Source: Omnitrophica WOR_2 bacterium RIFOXYA2_FULL_38_17 (GTDB lineage: Bacteria > Omnitrophota > Gorgyraeia > Zapsychrales > Zapsychraceae). From it: a stretch of DNA of 64,000 nucleotides. Of this stretch, positions 20,039 through 29,744 are shown in pieces (position 1 is the stretch's first letter; each line of letters opens with the position of its first letter). A program made the position numbers and the translations under genes. The notes beneath the pieces were generated by a model. The model saw nothing but the letters and a program-made list of their open reading frames with translations. It had not been told where the DNA came from and did no database searches. The stretch lies in the NCBI GenBank assembly GCA_001805965.1, contig MHHG01000005.1:5279-69278 (forward strand). The letters are read 5' to 3'.

Positions 20039-21097
20039 ATGAAATATAATATCCCACATTCTAAACCCACTATAAGTTCAAAAGACATATCCTCAGTACT
20101 GAAAACTCTTAGGGCTAAACAAATATCTCAAGGCCCTATGGTAGAGAAATTCGAGAAGTCTTTCTCAAAATATCATAATTTAAAAGGTTCCGTTGCTTTA
20201 AGCTCCGGAACTGCAGCAATTCACTTATCGCTATTAGCATTAGGGATACAAGATGAGGATGAAGTTATTGTCCCTTCTTTCGTATGCAGCGCTCTTCTGA
20301 ATGCTGTCCTGTATACTGGTGCAAAGCCCGTTCTTGCTGATGTCAACAATCATGATTTTAATTTATCAATAGACTCGGCCAAAAATGCCCTAACGAAAAG
20401 AACAAAAGCTATTATTGTTCCTCATATGTTTGGTCTTCCAGCGGACATAAAAGACCTTGTTAGGCTAGGGATTCCGGTTATTGAGGATTGCGCTCAATCA
20501 TTAGGGGCAGAATACAACAAACAGAAAGTCGGCAGCTTTGGCGCGGTCAGTGTTTTCTCTTTTTATGCAACAAAGGTGATCGCAACTGGAGAGGGAGGAA
20601 TGGTTTCCTCTAACAATGCAAGATTATTAAGTAAGATCTCAGATATGCGAGAATACGATAAAAAGAAATTTTGTAAATTAAGCTTTAACTATAAAATGAC
20701 TGATATACAAGCAGCTCTTGGCCTATCTCAAATGGAAAAGCTTCCTACGTTCATTAGAGGACGTAGATCAATTGCCAGAAAATATAATAATGCCTTTACT
20801 GACTGCCATTTGCAAATACCAACAAGTTTGCCTGGCAAAGACCATATATATTATAGGTATGTTATTAATCTCGGAAGATCTTCTGCAGACACAATAAGAA
20901 CTCTGAATAAAAAAGGGGTCCATTGTGCCTGTCCAATCTTTGAGCCTTTACACAAACAAATGAACATGGATGCAAAATATTTTCCAAATTCCCAAGAGTT
21001 ATTTAAGAACACCTTATCCTTGCCGATATATCCATCTTTATCAAAGCAAGAAGTGGACTTCATTATTCAAAGTTTAAAAAACTCACTTGAAAAATAA
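20039..21097 (+). CDS. DegT/DnrJ/EryC1/StrS family sugar aminotransferase
   Basis: Typical length and motifs are present (…FYATKVIATGEGGMV…). It has a PLP-dependent fold. Confidence 0.8.
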   Translation: MKYNIPHSKPTISSKDISSVLKTLRAKQISQGPMVEKFEKSFSKYHNLKGSVALSSGTAAIHLSLLALGIQDEDEVIVPSFVCSALLNAVLYTGAKPVLADVNNHDFNLSIDSAKNALTKRTKAIIVPHMFGLPADIKDLVRLGIPVIEDCAQSLGAEYNKQKVGSFGAVSVFSFYATKVIATGEGGMVSSNNARLLSKISDMREYDKKKFCKLSFNYKMTDIQAALGLSQMEKLPTFIRGRRSIARKYNNAFTDCHLQIPTSLPGKDHIYYRYVINLGRSSADTIRTLNKKGVHCACPIFEPLHKQMNMDAKYFPNSQELFKNTLSLPIYPSLSKQEVDFIIQSLKNSLEK

Positions 21098-23684
21098 AAT
21101 GCCAAAGTTGCAAATTCAAACTAGATCAACAAAAACAACCTTTAAGCTTATAGCTTTCCTTTTTTTGATCCTTTGCGGGTTAGGCCTGATAATATATTCA
21201 GCCTCATTCAATGGTGAATTTGTATTTGATGACCTAGAATTTGTTTTGAACAATAACTATATTACAGATTACAGCAGAATAAGTAATTTCTGGGAAAGAG
21301 AAGCCTTTCCTAGAACAAGATTGCTTCCGATCTATTCTTTTGCCTTAAATTACCAAATCAATCAATTGAATGTTTTTGGTTATCACGTGTTTAATTTTAT
21401 TATTCATATAATTACAACAATTTTTGTCTGGTGGTTTTCATATTTAATATTTTCTTTGCCAGTTTTTAAAAATGAAGAGTTCTCAAAACATAAACACGCT
21501 ATTTCATTTATATCTGCATTACTGTTCTTGTCTCATCCAATCCAAACTCAAGCAGTCACATATATAACCCAACGATTTGCATCAATGGCAACTCTTTTTT
21601 ATATGGGATCAATGTGCTTTTATCTTAAAGGCAGGATGCTCAAGAATAGACCGCGTTTACCGATCGTTTTTTATTTATTATCGGCTTTTTTTGCAATTTG
21701 TGCAATGTTATCAAAAGAAATATCAATAACGATCCCTTTTAACATGTTGTTCGTTGAATATTTTTTAATTAATATCCCTAAATCCGGGATTTCTGTTAAA
21801 GATCCAAAATCTTTATCAAGCTTTCTGATTCCAATAAAAATCTTTGTTTTGCCCATTGCAGCATTTATTGCCGGGTTCAACTTTCTTTTTCGAAACACGA
21901 TATTCGGATTACTATCGATAGTTCTAAAATCTGAATCACATACCGGAGAGATTATAACCTTTGGAAAATATATTTTGACACAGCCACGGGTATTCGTTAA
22001 ATATTTAAGGTTACTTTTTCTCCCGATTTATCAGAATCTGGATTATGATTTTCAGCTATCAAAATCTATTTTTGAATTTTCCACTTTTTCTAGTTTTATA
22101 ATTCTTATTTGCTTATTAATATTTGCATTAAAAATCAGAAATAAATACCGGCTAGCTTCCTTCGGGATTTTCTGGTTTTTTATAACTCTTTGGGCGAATC
22201 TTGTCCCTAGATCAAACTTGATATTTGAGCATAAACTTTATTTGGTTTCTGTCGGGTTTTGTATTGCATTAAGTTTTTGCATCTTTAATTTTTTCAAAAA
22301 TCCCAAAACATCATTAACTGCCAGCATGGTTATAGTTATTATTTTTTCATTCATGACATTCAAGAGGAATGAAGTATGGAAAACCGAGATTTCTTTATGC
22401 AAGGATGTCGTATCAAAATCACCGAATAAACTAAGGCCTAATCAGAACATGGGCAGTGCTTATACTAAAAAAGGTTATTATGATGAGGCTCTTGTTTATT
22501 TAAGTAAATCCTTATCCATAGATCCAAAGGATGTTAAATCATACACAAATAGGGGAGCAGTTTATTACCACAAAAGACAATTTCAGCTAGCTTTAAACGA
22601 TCTAAACAAAGCTGTTGAGATCGATCCTGAATATTTTGGAAGTTATGTAAATAGGGGCTTGGTCTTTCAGGAGATTGGCAAGCATCAATTAGCATTCAAT
22701 GATTTCACTAAAGCCCTTCAAATAAAACCAAATTTAAGGCTGGGATATGTAAGCCGCGGCAACCTTTTAAACCTTACTGGCCATTATGATTATGCTATTC
22801 AGGATTTTAATCAGGCGATATCAATTTCCCCTCATTATGATGATGCTTACAACGGAAGAGGGGTGACCTATTTTAAACTGAACAGACATCAAGAAGCCCT
22901 TGCTGACTTTAATAAAGCCATCACTATTAATCCATATTCAAGCAAAGCGTACTTAAACAGGGGATATTTTTATTTTTTAAGAAATAATGACGATCAGTCC
23001 TTATCCGACTTAAACAGATCTATTGAGCTTAATGATAGCTATGCAATGGCATATAATAATCGAGGCATCTTATTCAGAAAAATGAAAATGTATAATGAAG
23101 CAATAAAAGATTTTAACAAATCAATTGATTTAGACCCTAATCAAGCCAATGCGTTCAATAACAGGGCAACAGTTTATTATATGCAGAATAAATACAGCTT
23201 AGCTCTATCAGATTATAACCAAGCTTTAAAAAATAATCCCGGGTATGACAGGACATACAACAACAGAGGGGTGCTTTTTGTTGCTGCAAAACAATATGAG
23301 AATGCTATTTCTGACTTTACCCAGGCAATTAAACTGAACAGTGCGGATTCGAACGCTTATCTAAACAGGGCAGCTGTTTACTATTATACAAAAGAGTATT
23401 CATCATCTGTTAATGATTACAGTCATATAATTAATAATAATCTTAATAATGTGATTGCACTTTTTAACAGAGGCGTTGCTTCATATTCTAACGGAGACTA
23501 CACTAATGCCGCATTAGATTTTGACAAAGCGATCGAGCTTAAAGGGGATTTTGCAAAAGCATTTTGGATGAGATCAAATACTTATAAATACTTAGGACTT
23601 ATGCAAAAAGCAGAAAAAGATCTAGATACTTCAAAAAGCTTAGGAATTAAGATTGAAGAGCAAAAAATAGATATTATTCACTAG
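21087..23684 (+). CDS. TMTC-like protein: N-terminal PMT_2/DUF1736 polytopic membrane domain plus C-terminal TPR repeats (protein O-mannosyltransferase-like)
   Basis: The first ~420 aa are TM-rich, with an FDD loop motif. They are followed by ~12 TPR units with repeated AxxNRG/AYxNRG patterns. An alternative start at 21099 lies just after the DegT stop. Confidence 0.6.
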   Translation: MKNKMPKLQIQTRSTKTTFKLIAFLFLILCGLGLIIYSASFNGEFVFDDLEFVLNNNYITDYSRISNFWEREAFPRTRLLPIYSFALNYQINQLNVFGYHVFNFIIHIITTIFVWWFSYLIFSLPVFKNEEFSKHKHAISFISALLFLSHPIQTQAVTYITQRFASMATLFYMGSMCFYLKGRMLKNRPRLPIVFYLLSAFFAICAMLSKEISITIPFNMLFVEYFLINIPKSGISVKDPKSLSSFLIPIKIFVLPIAAFIAGFNFLFRNTIFGLLSIVLKSESHTGEIITFGKYILTQPRVFVKYLRLLFLPIYQNLDYDFQLSKSIFEFSTFSSFIILICLLIFALKIRNKYRLASFGIFWFFITLWANLVPRSNLIFEHKLYLVSVGFCIALSFCIFNFFKNPKTSLTASMVIVIIFSFMTFKRNEVWKTEISLCKDVVSKSPNKLRPNQNMGSAYTKKGYYDEALVYLSKSLSIDPKDVKSYTNRGAVYYHKRQFQLALNDLNKAVEIDPEYFGSYVNRGLVFQEIGKHQLAFNDFTKALQIKPNLRLGYVSRGNLLNLTGHYDYAIQDFNQAISISPHYDDAYNGRGVTYFKLNRHQEALADFNKAITINPYSSKAYLNRGYFYFLRNNDDQSLSDLNRSIELNDSYAMAYNNRGILFRKMKMYNEAIKDFNKSIDLDPNQANAFNNRATVYYMQNKYSLALSDYNQALKNNPGYDRTYNNRGVLFVAAKQYENAISDFTQAIKLNSADSNAYLNRAAVYYYTKEYSSSVNDYSHIINNNLNNVIALFNRGVASYSNGDYTNAALDFDKAIELKGDFAKAFWMRSNTYKYLGLMQKAEKDLDTSKSLGIKIEEQKIDIIH

Positions 23685-23745
23685 AACAACGAACTGCTCA
23701 CAAAACCTTTTTTAATATTATTATTATAAATCTAATTCTTCCACC

Positions 23746-23774
23746 TTGCAAAAGTTGTTCTTTCATAATATAAT
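23746..23774 (+). promoter_or_regulatory. Sigma70-like promoter TTGCAA-N17-TATAAT upstream of citrate synthase
   Basis: The hexamers and their 17-nt spacing were read directly. It lies ~55 nt upstream of the gltA start. Confidence 0.45.
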
Positions 23775-23827
23775 ACCATCTCATTTGATTAGAATTAATT
23801 ATTTTTATGATAGTAACAGGAGAAATT

Positions 23828-25165
23828 ATGAAAAATACAGCAAAATTAATAGTTGATGGCAAAGAATATGAGTTACCAATAGTTGTTGGTACGCATGGAG
23901 AAAAAGGCATTGATATATCAAATTTACGCTCTGAAACCGGCTACATTACTCTTGATAGTGGTTTTGCAAACACTGGGTCATGCAAAAGTGCTATTACCTT
24001 CCTTGATGGTGAAAAGGGAATCCTTCGATATAGGGGAATACCTATTGAACAGTTAGCAAGTAAATCAACATTTATTGAAACAGCGCACCTGCTTATTTAC
24101 AATCATCTTCCTACACAAGATGAGTTGGACAATTTCTCAAGATTATTTACAAAACACGCTATGATTCATGAAGATATGAAGGATTTCTTTACAGGATATC
24201 CTTCAACCGGTCACCCTATGGGTATTCTTTCAGCACTTGTTGGAGCATTATCTGCTTTTTATCCTGAATTGGTTAAACCAAATCCTTCTAAAGAAGAGAT
24301 TGACATACTAATTGTTGAACTGCTTTCAAAAGTCAGAACGATCTGTGCTTTTTCCTATAAAAAATCAATAGGTGAACCAATCGTTTACCCTAGACATGAT
24401 CTGAGATATATACCTAACTTCCTTAACATGATGTTTTCATCACCTAATATTGATTATAAAATAGAAAAAGTTGTTGTTGATGCTCTTCAATCAATTCTTA
24501 TATTACATGCTGATCATGAGCAGAATTGCAGCACTTCAACAGTTCGAATGGTTGGAAGTTCCTGGGCGAATCTTTTTGCTTCCCTGTCAGCGGGAATTAA
24601 CGCTTTATGGGGTCCTTTACATGGTGGCGCCAATCAAAGCGTTCTTGAAATGTTACAACAAATTAAGGATGATGGCGGTGATTTAAAGAAGTATATTAAT
24701 AAAGCCAAAGATAAAAATGACAACTTTAGATTAATGGGATTTGGGCACAGAGTATATAAGAATTTTGACCCAAGGGCAAAGATCATTAAAAAAAGAGTGG
24801 ATGCCTTACTTAAAAAAATGGGCATTCATGATCCATTGTTGGATATTGCTGTACGCCTTGAGGAAATCGCTCTCAAAGACGAATACTTTATTGAAAGAAA
24901 GTTATATCCAAATGTTGATTTCTATAGTGGGATTGCATATCAGGCTATCGGAATTCCAGTCAAGATGTTCCCTGTAATGTTCGCAATAGGAAGACTTCCT
25001 GGATGGATCGCACATTGGAAAGAAATGATCGAGGATCCAACTTCAAGAATATGCCGTCCTCGACAAATATATACAGGCAACGATGTGAGGGATTATATTC
25101 CAATTGAAGCCAGACAATATCTAAAAGATCAAAAAACTAAAAACAAAAAAGAAAAAGCTAGCTGA
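23828..25165 (+). CDS. gltA: Citrate synthase
   Basis: GFGHRVYKNFDPRA and other citrate synthase motifs are present. The start is chosen at the ATG preceded by an AGGAG RBS (the track ORF begins at 23807). Confidence 0.85.
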   Translation: MKNTAKLIVDGKEYELPIVVGTHGEKGIDISNLRSETGYITLDSGFANTGSCKSAITFLDGEKGILRYRGIPIEQLASKSTFIETAHLLIYNHLPTQDELDNFSRLFTKHAMIHEDMKDFFTGYPSTGHPMGILSALVGALSAFYPELVKPNPSKEEIDILIVELLSKVRTICAFSYKKSIGEPIVYPRHDLRYIPNFLNMMFSSPNIDYKIEKVVVDALQSILILHADHEQNCSTSTVRMVGSSWANLFASLSAGINALWGPLHGGANQSVLEMLQQIKDDGGDLKKYINKAKDKNDNFRLMGFGHRVYKNFDPRAKIIKKRVDALLKKMGIHDPLLDIAVRLEEIALKDEYFIERKLYPNVDFYSGIAYQAIGIPVKMFPVMFAIGRLPGWIAHWKEMIEDPTSRICRPRQIYTGNDVRDYIPIEARQYLKDQKTKNKKEKAS

Positions 25166-25192
25166 TTATTTTAAGTTTATATAATAGTTACT

Positions 25193-25233
25193 TGGGTGAA
25201 CTTTAATAAAGATCACCCATAGCTTTTATTTAA
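25193..25233 (+). terminator. Possible intrinsic terminator after gltA
   Basis: Inverted repeat TGGGTGA...TCACCCA is followed by a T-rich tract (AGCTTTTATTT). Confidence 0.3.
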
Positions 25234-25256
25234 TTCACAAAAAAGGATTATTATTT

Positions 25257-26717
25257 ATGTTTAAACATGTATCATTCATTCCATATGCAACTTTTAAAAA
25301 AGATATATCAATAATCCTTATTACAGCCGATCAATTAAAGAACCGATCTTTTAATTTTACTGATAAAGACTTAAGCAGGTCTTTGATTGGCCTGTTTGAA
25401 TCAAAAATCTTTACAGGGGATCCTGGACAAACATATCCATTAGCCTTAAATAAAAGATTCTTTCTTTTAGTCTCATTAGGCGCCCAAAAAGACATCACAT
25501 CAACAAGCCTCAAAATTTTAATAAAAAATTCACTATTATCCCCAAATTTAAAAGATGCGAAAAATATCGAGTTAATTTGCCATGACCAGAAAGGATCAAC
25601 AATTAAATGCGCAATTGAGGGAGCCCTTCTAGGCACTTATTCATGGAACAAATATAAATCAAAAACAGTCGATAAAAATAATATTGATGAAAAGAACCTT
25701 TATATCATTTCTACTAAAAATAAAGATCTTGAATCTAATATCACGATATGCGAAAGCACTAATTTCACTCGCGATCTTGTAAATGATAACGCGGACTTTA
25801 TCACATCTGCATTCTTAGAAAAGACCATTCTATCTCTAGTTAAAGGTCGCAAGAATATTTCTGTCGAAATACTAAACAAAAAAGAACTTAAAGCCAAAGG
25901 CCTAAATCTTCTTTTAGGCGTTAACCAAGGCAGCAATAAAGAGCCCAAGTTAATTATAGTAAAATACACAGGATCAGATAAAAAAGATAAATATACTGCT
26001 CTTGTTGGAAAAGGAATAACTTTTGATTCTGGCGGCTTAAACCTAAAGCCAACAGGAAGCATTGAAACAATGAGAGAAGACATGGGTGGAGCTGCGGCAG
26101 TCATAGGCACTCTTAAGAATGCACTTGCTTTAAAGATCAAGAAAAATATTATATTTGCTGTTGGCTTAGCTGAGAATGCAATTGGTTCAGGATCCCAGAA
26201 ACCTGGCGATGTTGTTATAAGTTATTCAAAAAAATCAGTTGAAATTGCAAATACAGATGCTGAAGGCAGATTGGTTCTTGCGGATGCCATTTCATACATT
26301 ATAAAAAATTATGAGCCGGAGCGCTTAATTAATATTGCAACATTAACCGGAGCATGCGTGATCGCGCTTGGATATGATTATTCAGGGCTTATCTCAAATG
26401 ATGATATTCTTACAAAAAACATTTTAAAATCATCCATTGAAACAGATGATAGGGCCTGGCATTTACCAAATTATCCCGAGTTAAAGGATTCTGTTAAATC
26501 AAATATAGCAGATATAAAAAATCTGGGTTTTCCAAAAGGCATAGCCGGGACACTTACTGCTGCTGAATTCTTGAGACAGTTTGTTGGCGACACAAAGTGG
26601 GCTCACATAGATATTGCCGGAACAGCCTTTGTCGAAGGGACTTCAAGAATGTATTACGGGCACGGAGCAACTGGAGCTGGCGTTCGATTACTAACTAATT
26701 ATTTACAAAACAATTAA
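25257..26717 (+). CDS. pepA: Leucyl aminopeptidase (M17 family)
   Basis: NTDAEGRLVLADA is the M17 active-site signature. Confidence 0.85.
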   Translation: MFKHVSFIPYATFKKDISIILITADQLKNRSFNFTDKDLSRSLIGLFESKIFTGDPGQTYPLALNKRFFLLVSLGAQKDITSTSLKILIKNSLLSPNLKDAKNIELICHDQKGSTIKCAIEGALLGTYSWNKYKSKTVDKNNIDEKNLYIISTKNKDLESNITICESTNFTRDLVNDNADFITSAFLEKTILSLVKGRKNISVEILNKKELKAKGLNLLLGVNQGSNKEPKLIIVKYTGSDKKDKYTALVGKGITFDSGGLNLKPTGSIETMREDMGGAAAVIGTLKNALALKIKKNIIFAVGLAENAIGSGSQKPGDVVISYSKKSVEIANTDAEGRLVLADAISYIIKNYEPERLINIATLTGACVIALGYDYSGLISNDDILTKNILKSSIETDDRAWHLPNYPELKDSVKSNIADIKNLGFPKGIAGTLTAAEFLRQFVGDTKWAHIDIAGTAFVEGTSRMYYGHGATGAGVRLLTNYLQNN

Positions 26718-26754
26718 CAATACTTCAGTAATATCTTAATGTATGGAGATTTCC

Positions 26755-28158
26755 ATGAACTATAGAATAGAAAATGATTCTTTAGGTAACATAAAAGTCC
26801 CTGATAATAAATACTACGGGTCGCAAACCGCACGGGCAATTGAAAACTTTAAAATAGGCTCCGAGCAATTGCCGTATTCCTTTATAAAAGCTTTGGCTTT
26901 AATAAAAAAAGCTGCCGCAATCTCCAATGCAGAATTAGGCTTACTGTCAAAAACAAAATCGGAACTGATCTCAACGGCTGCTGATGAGATAATTGCAGGT
27001 AAACTTCGTGATAATTTTCCTATATTCGTATGGCAAACAGGCAGCGGAACTCAAACTAATATGAACGTTAATGAAGTCATTGCTAACAGGGCTATCGAAC
27101 TCTCTGGCGGGAAGCTTGGAAGCAAAGATCCGATTCACCCTAATGACGATGTAAACAAGTGCCAGTCTTCAAACGATGTTTTTCCAACAGCAATGCACTT
27201 ATCAAGTGTCGAAGAGATAATAACTAAACTTATTCCTTCAATTTCAAAACTACGTGACACACTTCTAAAAAAAAGTAAAAAATTCAAGGATATTATAAAA
27301 ATAGGCCGGACACATCTTATGGATGCAACACCATTAACCTTAGGAGATGAATTCTCAGCCTATGCACATCAGCTTTCAAATGCTTTAGACAGAATTAAAA
27401 GCACCCTACCAAGATTATATGAATTACCTATAGGCGGGACTGCTGTCGGGACAGGGCTTAACGCTCATCCTAAGTTCGCCGCTAAAGTAGTGAGCAAAAT
27501 TTCAAATTTTACTAGTTTGCCATTTGTAAGCTCGCCTAACAAATTCGAAGCGATCGCAGCTCATGATACTATTGTTGAATTTAGCGGAATACTGAAAACA
27601 ATTGCAGTTTCCCTCATGAAGATAGGAAACGATGTAAGATGGCTCGGCAGTGGCCCTAGATGCGCAATAGGTGAAATTAATTTGCCTGCTAATGAACCAG
27701 GCAGTTCGATTATGCCGGGTAAAGTCAATCCAACACAATGTGAAGCTTTGACAATGGTATGTGCGCAGGTTCTTGGAAACGATACTACGATAAACATTGC
27801 AGGTTCAAGCGGTAATTTTGAGCTTAATGTTTTTAAACCTGTAATAATATATAATCTTTTGCAATCTATCACTCTTATTTCCGATGCATCAATCAGCTTC
27901 AGTAAAAACTGCGTTGAGGGACTGACTGCAAACATTGCTAATATAAACAATAATTTAAATAAATCTTTAATGCTTGTGACTGCACTGAATCCTCACATCG
28001 GCTATGACAAAGCAGCTAAAGTAGCTCAAAAAGCGTATTGCGAAGGTATTACATTAAAAGAGGCAGCAATTTCTCTTAAATATTTAACTGCTGAAAAATT
28101 CGACAAACTTGTCAATCCTAAGGATATGATAAAACCTCTAAAAAACAAAAAGAAGTAA
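26755..28158 (+). CDS. fumC: Fumarate hydratase class II
   Basis: [28 protein letters not shown]...[11 protein letters not shown] is near-identical to the canonical FumC signature region. The start is at the ATG 7 nt after a GGAG RBS (the track ORF begins at 26743). Confidence 0.85.
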   Translation: MNYRIENDSLGNIKVPDNKYYGSQTARAIENFKIGSEQLPYSFIKALALIKKAAAISNAELGLLSKTKSELISTAADEIIAGKLRDNFPIFVWQTGSGTQTNMNVNEVIANRAIELSGGKLGSKDPIHPNDDVNKCQSSNDVFPTAMHLSSVEEIITKLIPSISKLRDTLLKKSKKFKDIIKIGRTHLMDATPLTLGDEFSAYAHQLSNALDRIKSTLPRLYELPIGGTAVGTGLNAHPKFAAKVVSKISNFTSLPFVSSPNKFEAIAAHDTIVEFSGILKTIAVSLMKIGNDVRWLGSGPRCAIGEINLPANEPGSSIMPGKVNPTQCEALTMVCAQVLGNDTTINIAGSSGNFELNVFKPVIIYNLLQSITLISDASISFSKNCVEGLTANIANINNNLNKSLMLVTALNPHIGYDKAAKVAQKAYCEGITLKEAAISLKYLTAEKFDKLVNPKDMIKPLKNKKK

Positions 28159-28171
28159 ACTATAAATTTCT

Positions 28172-28708
28172 ATGAATTTCCTCGAGTTAGTTAAAAAAAG
28201 ACAAAGCTGCAGAAAATACCTACCAGGTATAATTAAAAAAGAAACCATGGTTAGATGCCTTGAAGCTGCAAGACTTGCACCTTCAGCCTGCAATTCCCAA
28301 CCATGGCATTTTATAGTCGTAAACACTCCTGAAATTAAGGATAATCTTGCGGAAAAAGCATTTTCAGGAATTTACAAAATGAATGCTTTTGCAAAGCAAG
28401 CCTCTGCATTAATTGTTGTTGTACGAGAGCGTTCCCAATTTTCAGCAAAATTGGGATCTTATTTCAGAGGTGTTCAATACAGCCTTATTGATCAGGGAAT
28501 TGCATGCGAACACCTGATTCTACAGGCTGAAGAAGAGGGGCTAGCCACTTGTTGGATCGGATGGTTTAATGAAAAAGCTGTTAAGAAGTTCCTTGGTGTA
28601 CCCAAGATCCAGAAGATTGATACAATAATAAGTATCGGTTTCGCAGAAAACACTGAGATAAGAAATAAGATCAGAAAAGATATTTTGGAAATGGCTGACT
28701 TTAAATAA
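28172..28708 (+). CDS. Nitroreductase family protein
   Basis: Fold motifs RQSCRKY...APSACNSQPW are present. Confidence 0.7.
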   Translation: MNFLELVKKRQSCRKYLPGIIKKETMVRCLEAARLAPSACNSQPWHFIVVNTPEIKDNLAEKAFSGIYKMNAFAKQASALIVVVRERSQFSAKLGSYFRGVQYSLIDQGIACEHLILQAEEEGLATCWIGWFNEKAVKKFLGVPKIQKIDTIISIGFAENTEIRNKIRKDILEMADFK

Positions 28709-28743
28709 AACCAAATATTCTCTGTAAAGAATCAACATAATCC

Positions 28744-28788
28744 TTGACGAATCAATATCTTACAGCTAATATTGTATTCAATATTGAA
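28744..28788 (+). promoter_or_regulatory. Sigma70-like promoter TTGACG-N17-TAATAT with an adjacent perfect 12-bp palindrome TTCAATATTGAA
   Basis: The hexamers are at 28744-28749 and 28767-28772. The palindrome is at 28777-28788, ~45 nt upstream of the pilZ-like gene. Confidence 0.45.
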
Positions 28789-28831
28789 TGAGTAAACATA
28801 AATAGAAAACCTAAATAGCCAAAAATAATTA

Positions 28832-29209
28832 ATGTCTAAAATACAAAAATCAGGTCAAGAACGTCGATATTGCCCAAGAGCCAAGCGAATTATGAGCATT
28901 GAATATCGCCTGGTATCTACAAAAAGAAAATCTGCTGATAAAAATTGGCATCTTTCAATTACTCAAGACATGAGCTGTAATGGACTGACCTTTTATGCTG
29001 AACAAGAGTTTAAAAAAGATGAGCTTCTTGAAGTCCAGGTTATTATGTCTGGAATACTGGAAATATATAAAGGAAAATGCAGGGTCGTGCGAGCTGAAAA
29101 GAAGAATACAGGAGCCAATTTTTTGACAGCAATAACATTCGAACAAAAAGCATCAAAAGCTCCCGAAAAAGAAGCTAAACCCAAGAAAAAAAACGTCAAA
29201 AAGATTTAG
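28832..29209 (+). CDS. PilZ domain protein (c-di-GMP receptor-like)
   Basis: The RRYCPR (RxxxR) and DMSCNG (DxSxxG) motifs are present at typical spacing. Confidence 0.6.
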   Translation: MSKIQKSGQERRYCPRAKRIMSIEYRLVSTKRKSADKNWHLSITQDMSCNGLTFYAEQEFKKDELLEVQVIMSGILEIYKGKCRVVRAEKKNTGANFLTAITFEQKASKAPEKEAKPKKKNVKKI

Positions 29210-29239
29210 TTTATAAAATAATATTTAAAAGTCATAACA

Positions 29240-29269
29240 CCTTCGGATTTGTATCCCGGAGGTTTTTTT
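29240..29269 (+). terminator. Intrinsic terminator/attenuator hairpin between the PilZ gene and rseC-rnf
   Basis: The stem CCTTCGG / CCGGAGG (one G-U wobble) is followed by TTTTTTT. Confidence 0.45.
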
Positions 29270-29294
29270 AGGTCAAATCCTAAAACCAGTTCAT

Positions 29295-29723
29295 ATGAAT
29301 AAAAGGGACGCTAAGGTTAAGCACTCCGGCATAATTACAAAGATCGATAACGACCTTATTACTGTTAATATAGTTAATGCTTCCGCTTGTTCTAGTTGTC
29401 ACGCAAAAAGTCAATGTTCTTTATCAGAAAAACAAAACAAACTGATTAATGTTAAATATATTACCGATTACTCATCATTTAAAGTGGGCGATAGTGTTTC
29501 GGTATTAATAGAGCTATCAATTGGCTTTAAAGCCATATTTATCGGTTATTTATTACCATTTTTTATTTTATTGATAACTTTAATAGCATCTTTCATGTTC
29601 ACCCAAAATGAGGTAACTTCTGGACTTATATCTATATCCATGTTGATCCCTTATTATTTTGGTGTTTATTTTTTTAGAAATCGTCTTATTAAAAATTTTG
29701 AATTCAGCATAGAACCAATTTAA
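29295..29723 (+). CDS. RseC/MucC-family protein (SoxR-reducing system / Rnf-associated)
   Basis: There is an N-terminal Cys cluster (ASACSSCHAKSQC) followed by two TM helices. Its position directly upstream of rnf is typical. Confidence 0.65.
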   Translation: MNKRDAKVKHSGIITKIDNDLITVNIVNASACSSCHAKSQCSLSEKQNKLINVKYITDYSSFKVGDSVSVLIELSIGFKAIFIGYLLPFFILLITLIASFMFTQNEVTSGLISISMLIPYYFGVYFFRNRLIKNFEFSIEPI

Positions 29724-29744
29724 ATTTAATTATTTTATCGAAAT

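Noticed and set aside
25700-26140. 146-aa minus-strand ORF inside pepA
   Set aside because: It is a shadow ORF. The + strand has the M17 peptidase signature NTDAEGRL.
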